Below, one piece after another: positions 1-12,200 of a stretch of 64,000 nt of DNA. The notes below the pieces were generated by a model. The model was given only the letters and a program-made list of their open reading frames with translations, ran no database searches and was not told the origin of the DNA. Origin of the DNA: Gekko japonicus (lineage: Eukaryota); NCBI RefSeq assembly GCF_001447785.1, contig NW_015173128.1, positions 735,697 through 799,696 of the forward strand, read 5' to 3'. Both the position numbers and the translations under genes were made by a program. Within the stretch, counting starts at the first letter, position 1. Every line of letters starts with the position of its first letter.

Positions 1-1312
1 GCTTCTTCAGCTCTTAAAGGCACTGAATCCTCCCCTCTTAGGCTGTCAGGAGCTGGCTCTGGGGCTGAGTCAAGGGCAGGCATGACACAAAATAATGCAC
101 TTTCCATGCACTTTCCAACTCGATTTTTACTGTGTGGTGTGGCAAAATCCAGATGGAAAGTGCATTGAAAGTGGTTTGAAAGTGGATTATTTAGTGTGTG
201 TGACCGCAGCCCCGGGTTGCTGTAAGTCAGCTGTGAATTGAATGGGGTGTGTGTGTGTGTGGGGGGTCAGCTATGAATTGATAGGGGGTGAGGATCCCTG
301 CTCCGTCCCACAGTGATTCACTCAGATTCATTCTTCCTGATGAAATCTGTTTACTCCCGCGTGAAGGAGGGAAAGGGAGAAGTCTGCAAACGGCACCCAA
401 AGGACATTTTAAAAAGAGGGAGGGGATGGGAATGCAGGGAAACACAGAGAGGCAGAGAGCTGACCGACCGGTTGGTCCAGCAAAAGGACAGGCTTGACAA
501 GCTGAGCTTTTTTGGGAAATGTTTATTGTGCTGATTGGAGCCGAAGTCATTTCAATACACCTTCTTCACCAGGGGTGGGAATAACCAACAGGGCGGGTCC
601 CTGTCAACTCTTGGCACACAAGAGCCACTCCTACAGAAGTGCTGCTGGGAGCTGGCCACTCACTGCCCCAGGAGTGTATTCACCCTGTCGCTGCACCTGT
701 TGTTGTGGCTGGGTGCAGGCTGGACAGCAGGAAGTCAGCAACCCACAAAAGAACAAAGGATCAAAGACAGGGCTGTAGCATTCTCCTGCTGCCTGGGCTC
801 CCGGGCCTTCAAGCTTTGTGTCTGTTTCTCAGCAATGCCTCCGGCTGAGCACAAGAACCCCACGGTTCCCCAACCTTTTGGAGCCATGCGGGCACCTTTT
901 GAACTCTGACACAGGGTGGTGGGCACAGCCATAAAATGGATGCTGCAGGAGGGGGAGTCAGCCATAGGGTTGCCAAGTGCGATCTTTGCCGCAGCGGGGG
1001 ACTCCCGGCTGGCAACTGGAGAGCGCGCGCACCGCATCCTCGTCACTCGGAAGTGACGCGACCACGCCGGGCACGCTGGGGGTGGGGCACGACCATCCGA
1101 GGGAAAACCATAGAGTTTTCCCTCGGATGACTGTGGACCCGCCCCCAGCGTGCCCGGGGTACCCGTGTCACTTCTGGGTGACATGCATGTGGGGGTGGAG
1201 TTCCCCCCGGGACCTAATCCGCCGGCAGTGGGGAACAGGCCTCTGGGGCGGGGGTTTCCCCGCCCCCCGGGGGACTTGGCAAGCCTAATTAGAAATGATA
1301 GCAGTCATTTAG

Positions 1313-1572
1313 AGGAGATTGGATTTATACCCCGCCCTTCACTTGGAGTCTCAGAGCGGCTTACAAACCCTTCCCCTCCCCACAACAGACACCCTGTGCA
1401 GTGGGTGGGGCTGAGAGAACTCTGACACAAACGGCTCTTTTTCAAGGACAGCTGTGCCAGAGCTTGTGACTGACCCAAGGTCACATCAGCAGGTGCAAGT
1501 GGAGGAGTGGGGAATCAAACCCGGTTCTCCCAGATTAGAGTCCGCACACTTAACCACTACACCAAACTGGCT
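1313..1572 (-). mobile_element. tRNA-derived SINE (Squam3-like)
   Basis: AGCCAGTTTGGTGTAGTGGTTAAG head; same family at 5903, 21350, 31012 and 59000. Confidence 0.8.
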
Positions 1573-2118
1573 GCTGCAGCTGATCTTTGGTCACACAGTG
1601 AAGATCCTTGGGCTGTGAAGGCAGCTGCTGTCAAAGCAAGGTTTTTTAAAAAAAATCTGCACAGCCAACCACATTTCCAGTGGCCGATAAGAAGCCTGGC
1701 TTGGCAGAACCCCCACCTGGCTCTGCTCACTTTCTAAAAACACTTGGCGGGCACTAGGGAAGGTGTCAGCGCCGCGGGCACCATGCTGGGGACCCCTGCT
1801 GTAACGAGTGCCAACCATTTGTATTCCCCATTTCTGTTTCTACCTTGCCCACGGCAGCTGCCACCTCAGGGCTTACGTACCGCATCGTGGGGGCGCTGGG
1901 TGAGCTGTCCTTCCCAACAAGGCATGCCTGGCTGCGTGTTATGTTGGCCACGTGTGAATGAGCCACTTAAGAGCAGTCTCACTTCATTGCTCCTCACTAC
2001 ACGGACCCATAGTCAAAAAATGACACTTGCGAGTTTGGTTAATGGGCTCTTGCCTTGCACTTGAATCTCTGTTTTCAGTGTTGCTTTCCTTATTGCAATT
2101 TATATCCAAGGAACTTTT

Positions 2119-2645
2119 GGTGGTTCGAAAGCCCGTTAAAGGGCGATTAGACTAATGGGTACCTGCTACTAGAGCAGGGGGGCACCCGTCCCTGTGTTGC
2201 GGCGAGCGGCGAGCGGTGGCGGCGGCAACGGAGAAAATGGTGGCTGGCGAGGCAAGGAGCGAGCAAGCAAAGGAGGCCGGACCAACTGGCGTGGAGGCGG
2301 AGCAACGCAGCAGGCCGGAGCCTCATCGGGACAGAGGCCACAGCGGGGCATGCGCGGAAGTGCGAGTGGTCCTGGCCCGGAAATGGAATCGCTACAGCCG
2401 GAAGAAGGGAACCTCAAAGACCAGCACCAGAAAGGACGCTGCCGACTACCTCCCGCAAGAACAAGACAACGACCGAAGATCCGCCGCAAGAAAAGGGTGC
2501 CTGGTAGGGTAGTCACCACCCCTATGTCTGTGGCCCTAGGTTAGATTCTGTAAAAATGTGATTAGCACCTTCTGTAAGCCGGCCAGAGACCCCCAGGGGT
2601 TCGGACGGGATAGTAAATCGAATAAATAAATAAATAAATAAATAT
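2119..2645 (+). mobile_element. 5'-truncated chimeric retroelement (Sauria-SINE core remnant, GC-rich body, L2-like tail)
   Basis: GGTTCGAAAGC..GGGTACC, CpG-rich body, TGTAAGCCG...hairpin...(AATA)n tail. Confidence 0.6.
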
Positions 2646-2675
2646 AAAACAGCTCCCCCTCCCATCCTGAGCTAG

Positions 2676-3053
2676 GGCCCCGGTCACACGGGCCAGATAA
2701 CGTGGTGGGGAGGCGTGGCTCTTTGCGCCGGCGCAATCAGACCCGCCAGAACGCGATCAGACACGACGGCGGCACACCGCAGTTTTGTCTGTCAGCCCGT
2801 GCGCGTCAAGGAGGGCAGCCGTGGGAAAGCCACGTGCCGGCGCGATCACATGGAATGATTCCGTCAACAGCCCGTGGCAAACCATTTGCTAGTACATTTG
2901 TTGAGATACTTTTTAACTGCGCAGCTTCGGCGGCACGCCACGGGTTGGCCACGGGTGCGCTACGCTTGCCAGATGTTGCGGTGTGATCGCGCCCTGAAAA
3001 TCTGCCCAGCATTCGTGGCTCTCCCACAGCAAATTCGGCGTGTGAACGGGGCC
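2676..3053. mobile_element. MITE with GGCCCCG(G/T)TCACACG TIRs (Harbinger-like)
   Basis: Terminal inverted repeats; family copies at 6906, 25982, 29963 and 40467. Confidence 0.75.
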
Positions 3054-5902
3054 TAGGTTAGACAGAGCGACATGAACTCAATGAATGAATGAATGAATGA
3101 ATGAATTTATTCACGGTCACTGACCAACACATAAACTGCTTTACATTATGTAACATGGAAAGAAAACATCACATTAAAATAGAAGCAAAATTTTTAAGAC
3201 TGATTATAAAAACCATTAAAATTAATGAACTCAATGAGTTTTGTGACTGAGCAGAGATTTAGATCCAGGTCTCCTAGTCCCCTGTGCCACACTGCTTCCA
3301 ATGTGGTCCAAGTCTCCCACCTCCCTCATTTTTTTTCCTGTTAAAAATACTTTTATTGCCTCCCTCAGCCATTTTTGTTAGGTGGTTAACAAAGGAAAGA
3401 AAAGAACATACCTTAACAAAATATTATTTTAAAAAACAGGAAAAGCCATAAGGTAAGAATGGGTTGGATCCCACTGAAAAGATCTGTGTATGCATTATGG
3501 GCTGGGCAATTTTTGCTAATTCCCCTGTCCTATGGCAGCAGTCAAACTCCTCTTATGCTGCTCTTGAGGGCCCCCATTCCCCAGGAGCCGCATTTCAGGC
3601 TTCTGCAGGAAGGGGAAGTTTTAGATGGGATCCAACCTAATGGTTACTTGTATGACTAGCAAAAGCAACTCAAGGCAACTCATGTGCAAGACCAAAAAAA
3701 CAAAAAACAAAACCCTCAACAGAATAAACAGGTCAACAGATGTCTAACTCTCAGGAAAGCCAAGTGACAGTGCAAAAGCCGAGATATGCCTGTACAGAAC
3801 CCACCTCCCTCATAATAGCCAAAGTGGGATTATGAGTGGAGCCCCCCTCAAGCCTGCCTTTACCCACATGAGCCTTCCTTCAGCTGGTACGTGTTGCCCT
3901 TCCCTGCTATGAATATTACGGGGGCTCAGTAAGTTCACAGCACAGAAGAACAGGCTGACCCACTGCAGAAGGGACTCTTCTGGGGCCTCCAGGGAACAAG
4001 AGCAGTTCACCCACTTCTAAGTCATTGTACCAAGATGCCTCCGAAAAGCAGCTTGAGGAGCAAGTGCAAAATAAACCACGGGGACTGCAGAGGAAAAGGC
4101 GGCTTGCAGAAGTGCTGCCACCCCAACGTGTAAGGCTGACGTGGCAATGCTCTTGTTCACTTTCCGAGAAGACAGAGAATGAGATGAATTAATAGCCCGT
4201 ATAATGAATGTTAACCAGCAAGCAATTATGAAATCCTGTCATGATGCTCTCTTCAAAATGTAATTTATTAAAACCTTATTAAAAATGGAGATTGCCTCTG
4301 TCTGATGACGGGGGGGGGGGCGGGGGGAATGACACACCTTCCCTTCTTTTTTCATGCAGACACGTTGGCTGACTTTGCTAGGGCAGCGACAACCCTGAAG
4401 TTAATCTTTTACCTCGGAAGAACACTTGAAAAGTCTGGCCAGTAGGAGATTCCCAATTTTTCAAGGAAATGGAGTTAGGAGCCAAACATGTACACAGGGA
4501 AAGCGAAGCAGCGTTTTAAATAAGAATAAATAAATCATGGAGGCATTTGAGCCACAGACGCCCGGGGAAGGATCTGCAGCCCGTGACTGCTATTGAGGAA
4601 GGTTCTTATGTTGTGCCAAAATGGGAATTCCTTCACCTGGAGGGAAAGGAAGAAAAGGTAAAAAGAAACCACAACACCAAATAAAGGGAGATATGCTTGC
4701 AAAGAAGCGGCATGTTTTCTTTGGAAGGGAATCTTGGCTGACAAAAGACGTTTCCTTGTTATATTCAGGGCTTTTTTGGTGGAAAAAGCACAGCAGGAAC
4801 TCATTAGCACAATAGGCCACACCAACAAAAGGAACTCATTAGCATATTAGGCCACACACCCATGCCTTCCCTTGGCTTGCTGTGGCACCCGGTGGCTGCA
4901 GGGTGCCTTGGCAAGCTGGCCCTTGGACAGGCCGGAGAAGGCACGAAGAGGCATTTAAATGCTTCCCCATTCCTTCCAAGAGCCCCCCTGGCCCGCCCAC
5001 CTCGGAGTCGCCAAGAGAGGTGACGCTCTCCAGGCCTTCCCTCCATAGCCACGCATGCAGAGGTTTTGACTGTAGTGGGCGTGGCCAACTCTGAAGCCAG
5101 CTGGAACTCCATTCCTGTGCGTTCCTGCCCCAAAATAGCCCTGGTTATATTGATATGAATAAGCAATGCCTTCGGCTGAGCACAGGAACACGCCACCAAG
5201 AGAAAGCCAGCACTGGTACAAGCAGAGCGGCAGCAACATGGCCAGTGGCGAGCGTCCTCCCTTATCACTTCTCAAGCTCTCCTTGCATCTCACAAGACAG
5301 CCACAACACGTGTATCTTCAAAAGTCATGTGTGAAAGGTCCTAATTGCCAGGAGAGGTCAGACTCTAGCCTTCTGCTCGGCAAAGGTTTTTTAAAGCAGC
5401 AGTTCTCATCATCAGAGGTAACGGAGAACAAGGAAGGGTCAGCGGCTGCTAAGCAGAGTTAACTCTTGAGAGTCAAACAGGTTCAATGGCCCTGGGGCCG
5501 CTTCGAAACCAACAAATGGGGAGGGCAGGAATTTGCCATTCTGAGGGTGCCCTCTCGATCACAGGAGACGCAGAGGCAACTCTGCCCTTAGGCAAAGCAG
5601 GGCAATGAATTCTGAGAGCCATTTATGTGTGGCCGAGGGCAAGATGGGGGCAGTGCTGCTGGAACCGCTTGTGCAAGCCCCACTGAAAGGAATGGTCACT
5701 GTGCACAAGCAGGGTGGCACACTTCTACAGCCCCTGCTCCTTTCAGCGGGGCTTGCACAGGAGAGCGACCCCATGTCAGTTAATTAGTGTAAGTGGGGAC
5801 GCCACTGAACTGTCTGCTGTTGGCTGTGCCAAGAGCGAACATACTCAAGAGCTGCTACAACATCTTTTGATTGTTATCAGACTGTCGAGTCACGCAAATA
5901 CA

Positions 5903-6180
5903 GCCAGTTTGGTGTAGCGGTTAAGTGTGGGGACTCTAATCTGGGAGAACCGGGTTTGATTCCCCACTCCTCCACTTGCACCTGCTGCTGATGTGACCTT
6001 GGGTCAGTCACAAGCTCTGGCACAGCTGTCCTTGAAAAAGGGCAGTTTGTGTCAGAGTTCTCTCAGCCCCACCGACCTCACAGGGTGTCTGTTGTGGGGA
6101 GGGGGAGGGAAAGGAGTTTGTAAGCCGCTCTGAGACTCCAAGTGAAGGGCAGGGTATAAATCCAATCTCTTCTTCTTCTT
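5903..6180 (+). mobile_element. tRNA-derived SINE (Squam3-like) directly after the TMIGD1 stop codon
   Basis: A/B-box head; (CTT)n tail contiguous with position 6181. Confidence 0.85.
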
Positions 6181-6225
6181 CTACAGTGCTGTGTTGCTTG
6201 GCGATTCGTTTGCCCTTCTGAAGCA
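6181..6225 (-). CDS. TMIGD1: TMIGD1 last coding exon CFRRANESPSNTAL* (class I PDZ-binding end)
   Basis: Polypyrimidine tract plus aag acceptor, phase 0; 14 aa ending TAL-TAG, like the mammalian ...SETAL* end. Confidence 0.85.
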   Translation of the reverse strand, partial: CFRRANESPSNTAL

Positions 6226-9200
6226 CTTCAAAGGAAAAGACAACAAAGTGTTACAACCTCATCAAAACACATTTTCAACAGGACTTCTTCCAGGTTACGC
6301 ATTTTGGATCAGACTAGGAGCTGCCAAGTTTCAATCCGGTCCAGTGACCAGTTTCTGGCCTGCCTGGCATGGGGTGGATGGAAGTTCTTTCCCTCTCCCC
6401 TGACCTCATGCTGTGCCACCTGCTCCTTCCCAGCAGAAAGCCAGGCGCAGTGTGAGTAACGATGCCAAAACCCTAAAGTGCCATGTAGATATTATTGGAA
6501 TAGGAAGGCAAATCGGACTAGAGAATCAATCGAACTACAATGCCTTCCTTTTTTCAGAAAGCACAATATAGCTGCAGTCCTTTTTAATTTTGTTCTCTAA
6601 GCTGAAGGATAAACCAAGGCTGGAGTGGCAAGGAAATTCCCTGAGAGAAGACTGCCTTCTGCTGGCCACACCAAAACAGATACTTGTCCCCCACGGGTCT
6701 CCTGTATTAGACTGCTTTACACAGTCCCAGATACAACACATGTGGTTTTCACTGTGACCATGGGTAGCGGGGGGAAATGGAGTTTCTTTCCTCCACTCCC
6801 TTCTATTTTTTGTCCTGGAATGCTGTTATTGGCTCCATTGTAAAAATCATGTTACTTACACTGCTTCACCCCAGTTTCACAATGGATCCAACAGTGGCTC
6901 CATAGGGCCCCGGTCACACGGCAAAGTTGCTGCGGGAGAGGCACGGAAGGTGGGCGGATTATCCGGGCGCGATCACACCACAACATCTGGGAAGTGGCGC
7001 GCACCCGTGGCTTACCGCCGACAATGCGCATTTAAAAACTAGTACCTCCAAGGTACTAGTAAACATTTGCCACGGGCTGCCTCCAGACGCCCATGATGTG
7101 ATCGCGCCGGCGCGCAGCATTCCCCTCCGGTCGCTCGTTTACCCTCTGGCACTGAGGGAAGGACCCGTGCTGTGCCGCCTGCGCGTCTGATCGCGTAATC
7201 GCAGATCAAACTGCGCCGGGGCAATTAGCCACGCCTCCCCCCGCGATATCGGGGCGGTGTGCCCGGGGTCTGTGACAGTTTGCAGACCTGAAAAGAGGCT
7301 AAAGCCACTTCTCCATGTGTACTGGTCACAGAGAGAAAACAGCCAGTGTGCATCTGGGAGGCACAGGATGCCCATCTCACAGGTGGCACAGGATGCCCAT
7401 CTCGCAGTCCCCAGCAAACACAACGACTTTGTAACATAAAAGTGGAGCTTTGTAAGATGGATCTGGACACCCATTCACCTTACAAAATGTAGCAAGTACT
7501 ACCAGAAGCATCTGGGTTGCAGTTAGAATCCCAGACTGGCACTTACTTAGGAAAGGTATAAATAAGGATTTGGGAATTTACCATTTTACTTTTAATTTAC
7601 TTCAGGACTGTCACTTTTTTTTGACTCTGCTCCCTTAAGTCAGCAGTTTGGCACCCAGAAATCAAGCATGGGAATTTTCCCCCTCACACTTTCCCCGTGT
7701 AGCCTTTTTCCCCCTTTTTTTGCTGTCGAGTCACAGCCAACTTATGGTGACCCCATTCAAAAGAGAGGTCAAGAGGTGGGCTGCCATTGCCTGCCTCTGC
7801 GTCATGGCCCTGGTATTCCTTGGAGGTCTCGTATCCAAACACTAACCAAGGCTGACCCTGCTTAGCTTCCAAGAGCTGACGAGATCGGGCTTGCCTGGGC
7901 TATCCAGGTCTGGGCACATGTAGCCCTTCCAGTTATATTACCTGCATTTCCTCAAAACTGAAGTGCACAGATCGTGGGGGTGGAGCAACCTGCTTTTGGT
8001 GGATAGGATCACTGCCATAGTTAACTCCTCTCTGGTTTTACAGGGCTGCTGCCAATTTAAACACGTATTTATCTGAGGGCTCCCTTCCCACTCCCTTCCT
8101 ACCCTCTCTGCAGCACTTCACTTTTAGTGCTGGAGCCCCTTGTCCAGGGCCCGGGCTTTCCTTACGTCATCACATGATACATAAAAGCGGGAGCGGTGGC
8201 GCGGGGGATTTTTCCCTGCTTAACTGTAACATCTGAACTGCCAAGCTTTGGCAGTTCTAGCCCCGTGCTGGTGTGAGCAACCAAGCCTTATCCTAGCTCA
8301 TCGTCTACCCAGTGGTTCGAAAGCTTCGGTGAGTAGATAAATTGGGGACCACCCGTAAGGGGGTGGGCACGCCGCTCCCTTCGGGGGAGGTGTTAGCAGC
8401 CGAGTGCAGCTTCTGAGGTGCGGCGAGATCAAAAAGATGAAAGAGCTGGGCCGGCTTCCCTGCAGTGCAGTGAGTCGACCAGGCGGCGGCAGTGTGGCGG
8501 CACAACATCAAGAAGCCCTGACGTCATCAGCCAGCCGACAAGAATACATGCCGTAGGAACACGACTGATCCAGCCCGAAGATGAAGCCCCGGCTAGCTGC
8601 GATGTGTGTGTAATTTAAAATGCTATATGTTGTCTTCCCTATCCCCCACAAATATTGTTAGTCCAATTGTTAAAGAGTAACTGTAAATCGCTCTAAGCCT
8701 GCAGGTGTGTGGGAAAGAGCGATTAATAAATCAAAAAGTATTATTATTATAATGTATTATAAAAAGAGGGCCTTCCTGTACTAGGTTCTTCTTACCTTAA
8801 GTATTGCTTCTCGTCGAGCCACAATAGCAAAGAAGATAGTGAGCGCGACCACCACTGCTGCAGCAATGACTGCCTCCATTGGAAAGGCAAGTCTTCCGGC
8901 TATTGTGGGGCAGAGAGAAAGGGAAAAGGACACCACCATCATTGGATACTGGACACATAGGATTATTTTATGAAACTGTGTTTGTGTGTTCACTCAGTGG
9001 GGGACACACACCTGGTAATTGCCAAATAGAATCGCTGATGCTTTGTACTGACCAGGGATCTCTATTCTTGGTGCTTGTGTGGCAACAGTATGAGGGCTTC
9101 TGGAGTTCTGGCCCCACTGGTGGACTTCCTGATGGCACCTGGGTTTTGGCAACTGTGTGGCACAGAGTGTTGGACTAGATCCAACATGGCTTCTCTCATA

Positions 9201-12200
9201 TTCTTATGTTCTTATGATCATAAACAAGACCAGACTGAGCTGAAGGCCTTTGGTTAACCCATTCAAAACTAATACTGGTAGTTCTAATCCTGCCAACACT
9301 TATATGCGTGCTATAACACTAAAGACTGGTCCAACCAGTTGAAGTCCCAAGTATGTTCTTGCAAGTCACTCCTGATTCTCAAATAGTGACCTCAGAAGAG
9401 TTTGCCTTCTTCTATGAGCTCACTTGGTGGGTATAGGCAAATTACTCTCTCACTTCAAGTGAAGTACTTCTTCACCCAAAGAGTGATTAACACTTGGAAT
9501 TCACTGCCACAGGAAGTGGTGGTGGCTACAAGCATGGACGGCTTCAAAAGGGAATTAGATAAGCATATGGAGCAGAGGTCCATCAGTGGCTATTAGCCAG
9601 AAGGTATAGATAGGGACTCTGGGGCAAGTGATACTCTGTCATCTTGGTGCTTGGGGGGGTCAACAGTGGGAGGGCTTCTAATGTCCTGGCCCCACTGGTG
9701 GACCTCCTGATGGCACTGGTATTTCTGGCCACTGTGTGATACAGAGTGTTGGACTGGATGGGCCTTTGGCCTGATCCAACATTGGCATCTCTTATGTTCT
9801 TAAGTCTCTGCCTACACTATGGGGATTAAAATGTTGATCAATCCCACAGGGCTACTGTAATGATTGTAATTAGGTATTGGAGGGTCTGTGGCTCTGTGGA
9901 AGAGCCTCTGCTTTCCATGCAGAAGGTCCCAGGTTCAATCCCTGGCATGTCCAGTTAAGGGCCAGGCAGTAGGTGATGTGAAAGACCTAAGATATGTGAA
10001 AGACGTGTGCAAAGGTCTCTCCCAGCCAACAACAAACTTGGTGGCGGGATGCCTACAGCTGAACGCCCGAAGTTTCTTGATGGGTCAGGCGGGGGAAACT
10101 GCCCATCATGCCAGATCTCCTTACACCACCTTCTACCCACCCTATCACAGCCCAGAGCTGAGCACTCCTCCGGGCCATGGAACTCTTGACAATTCCAAGT
10201 CCATGAAACCCTACAATTGCTGCAGTGCTTATGAGTCCTTCTACGAAAGCACTTCTCCCGAGTGTGCCAGCCCACCGTTTGAAGGTCCCTTAAGTCCTCC
10301 CCCAGTGAACTATAAGACCTCAGTCTGAGACGCTGGAGAGCCACTGCCAGTCAAAGTAGACAGGACTGACCTTGATGGAAGAATAGGGCTGCCAGCCTCC
10401 AGGTGGGGCCTGGGGATCTCCCGCTTTTACAACTGATCTCCAGCTGACAGAGATCAGCTCCCCTGGAGAAAATGGCTGCTTTGAAACCCCGCCCTCTCCT
10501 GGCTCCACCCCCCAAAGTCTCCAGGTATTTTCCAACCCAGACCTGGCATCCCTATGGAAGAATAGTCTGATTTAGTATAAAGCAGCTTCATGTGTATAGG
10601 GAAGCGCTTACAACATTCACAAGCATGATACAAATGCTGTTGCTGTTACTATTTACTCCAAGCCCTTCCTGGGATTCTAGAATGAGAGCAGGTCAAAAGG
10701 CCATCTGGTCTGAGTCTCCTGCCAAAAGGCAGGGCCGTCAAACGGCTACTCATGCAGCCCATGGCTCATTAATGGTCACCCTGGCCTTGATTCCATGGAT
10801 GCTCAGTTACCAGTTCTCCGTGACTGGAATCTTAAGAATTCCAAAAGCTTAAGGCAACTAGTTTTGCCTTCGGAATTTGAAACAAAGGCCAAGCTCCCTA
10901 GCTCTTGTGTGTGCTTCAGCTAATGCTCTTGAGTTTTTCAGGTAAATGTGCATAAGGTAATCTCTACCTGCACCCAGTACATGTAAGCAAACAGGCCAGG
11001 GTAGAATGGCAACCATAGGGCAAGACAGTGCGAGCTGGTCAGGCTACAGACCTCAGCGGATTGCCAGCAGGTCTTGTCACTTGCTATTGGTCATATGGCC
11101 AGTCAACATTGTTACTGCAGGATTACCTTCGACAGTCAAGTGAAAATCTATCTGTGCTGTTCCCAGGGCAGATATGGCCTCGCAAGTATACAGCCCACCA
11201 TCAGATTCCTGGACTCTCTCGATCGTCAGCTGAAAGAGCTCGGTGGTCTGGGAAATTCGGTGACGGGCAGGTTCCAAAACCAAGGTGCTGTTGTCTTTAT
11301 ACCAAACCATCTGAGCTGGAGGGTTAGCCTTCACGTGGCAGCTGAGTGTCACATCATTTTCTTCGAATATTGAGGAAGGATCTTCTCCACTTAGGGTAGG
11401 AGGGACTATTAAGTACCAGCAAAGAATCATGTCAGTATCATGTCTTTCACTGCCCTTTCCCCCAAGACGACTTAGCAAGACCAGAGACAAATCATCTAAA
11501 AATCCTCCTGTTTCTAGTCCCAAAGGACAAAATGCAAAACAGTGATAAAAATAAAAGTGAACACTATTAAAATCAGTTTTCTGTTTAAATTTCAATGTGC
11601 TTCTTTGGGGGGGGCATATCATAAACTGAATTAATTTCAGATTCTCTATTTTCTCACTTGGCACCTGGGGTAAAAGAAACAGAATATTTAATGGGACCAA
11701 CATTTGTTGGGGAACAATCTGGAGTGCATGGAAACCTTCAGGAGGGACCCCTCTATGCAACTCCAGAATTAGAAGACAGCATCCCAGTTATTTTGTGTTG
11801 TTTATTCTCTGGGTTTAACATGGCAACGGCTGTCTATAGGGCAGTCTAACAGTGCTGACATCCCTGTCCGCGCTCTGCAGATTATACAGAATCCTGTCTG
11901 TGGCTTCTGAACACCATCTGAAACTTCCTGGGGTCTAAATAGAAATGTAAAGAAATGTCTAAATATTGAAGCCATTGGTGTGGATTTTTTAAATGGAAAA
12001 AACCTAAATTTGGGGGGTAAATTTTCAATTGCTCTTTTTCCAAAATACTTAATTTTGTATCAAACTTATATGTGTTTTGCTAGTCTAACAACATAAAAGA
12101 CATCATTTATTACTTAATTAGCATATAAAATGCACTATTTGACAAATGTATGAAATCCCAACATATGAAATGCCTAACAGTGTGATCCTAAGAACGTTTT

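Larger units (their letters stand above)
9881..10595 (+). mobile_element. tRNA-derived SINE interrupted by the NEUROD6 fragment and a hAT MITE
   Basis: A box TGGCTCTGTGG (9889), B box GGTTCAATCC (9932); SINE body resumes at 10314 and again at 10563; related copy at ~63430-63610 (-). Confidence 0.75.

Noticed and set aside
1500-1572. tRNA genes here and at 5903, 31012 and similar sites
   Set aside because: These are heads of multi-copy SINEs without a complete cloverleaf
2147-2544. GC-rich overlapping ORFs here and at 60017-60487, 23956-24728 and 61956-62687 as novel genes
   Set aside because: Stop-poor frames arising from high GC in repeats or CpG islands; no recognisable protein or splice structure
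7790-7915. 5S rRNA gene
   Set aside because: Diverged, lacks proper 5S ends and is fused to a SINE body
7225-8050. Alternative TMIGD1 terminal exons (VCKLSQ... at ~7288; ...AL* at 8038-8048)
   Set aside because: The first runs into a MITE and the second has no phase-compatible partner; 6225-6181 fits phase, length and the -TAL motif
9888-10328. 146-aa ORF as an intact NEUROD-family gene
   Set aside because: It starts at a GTG inside a SINE, lacks the bHLH domain and native C-terminus, and is flanked by SINE sequence; treated as a captured fragment
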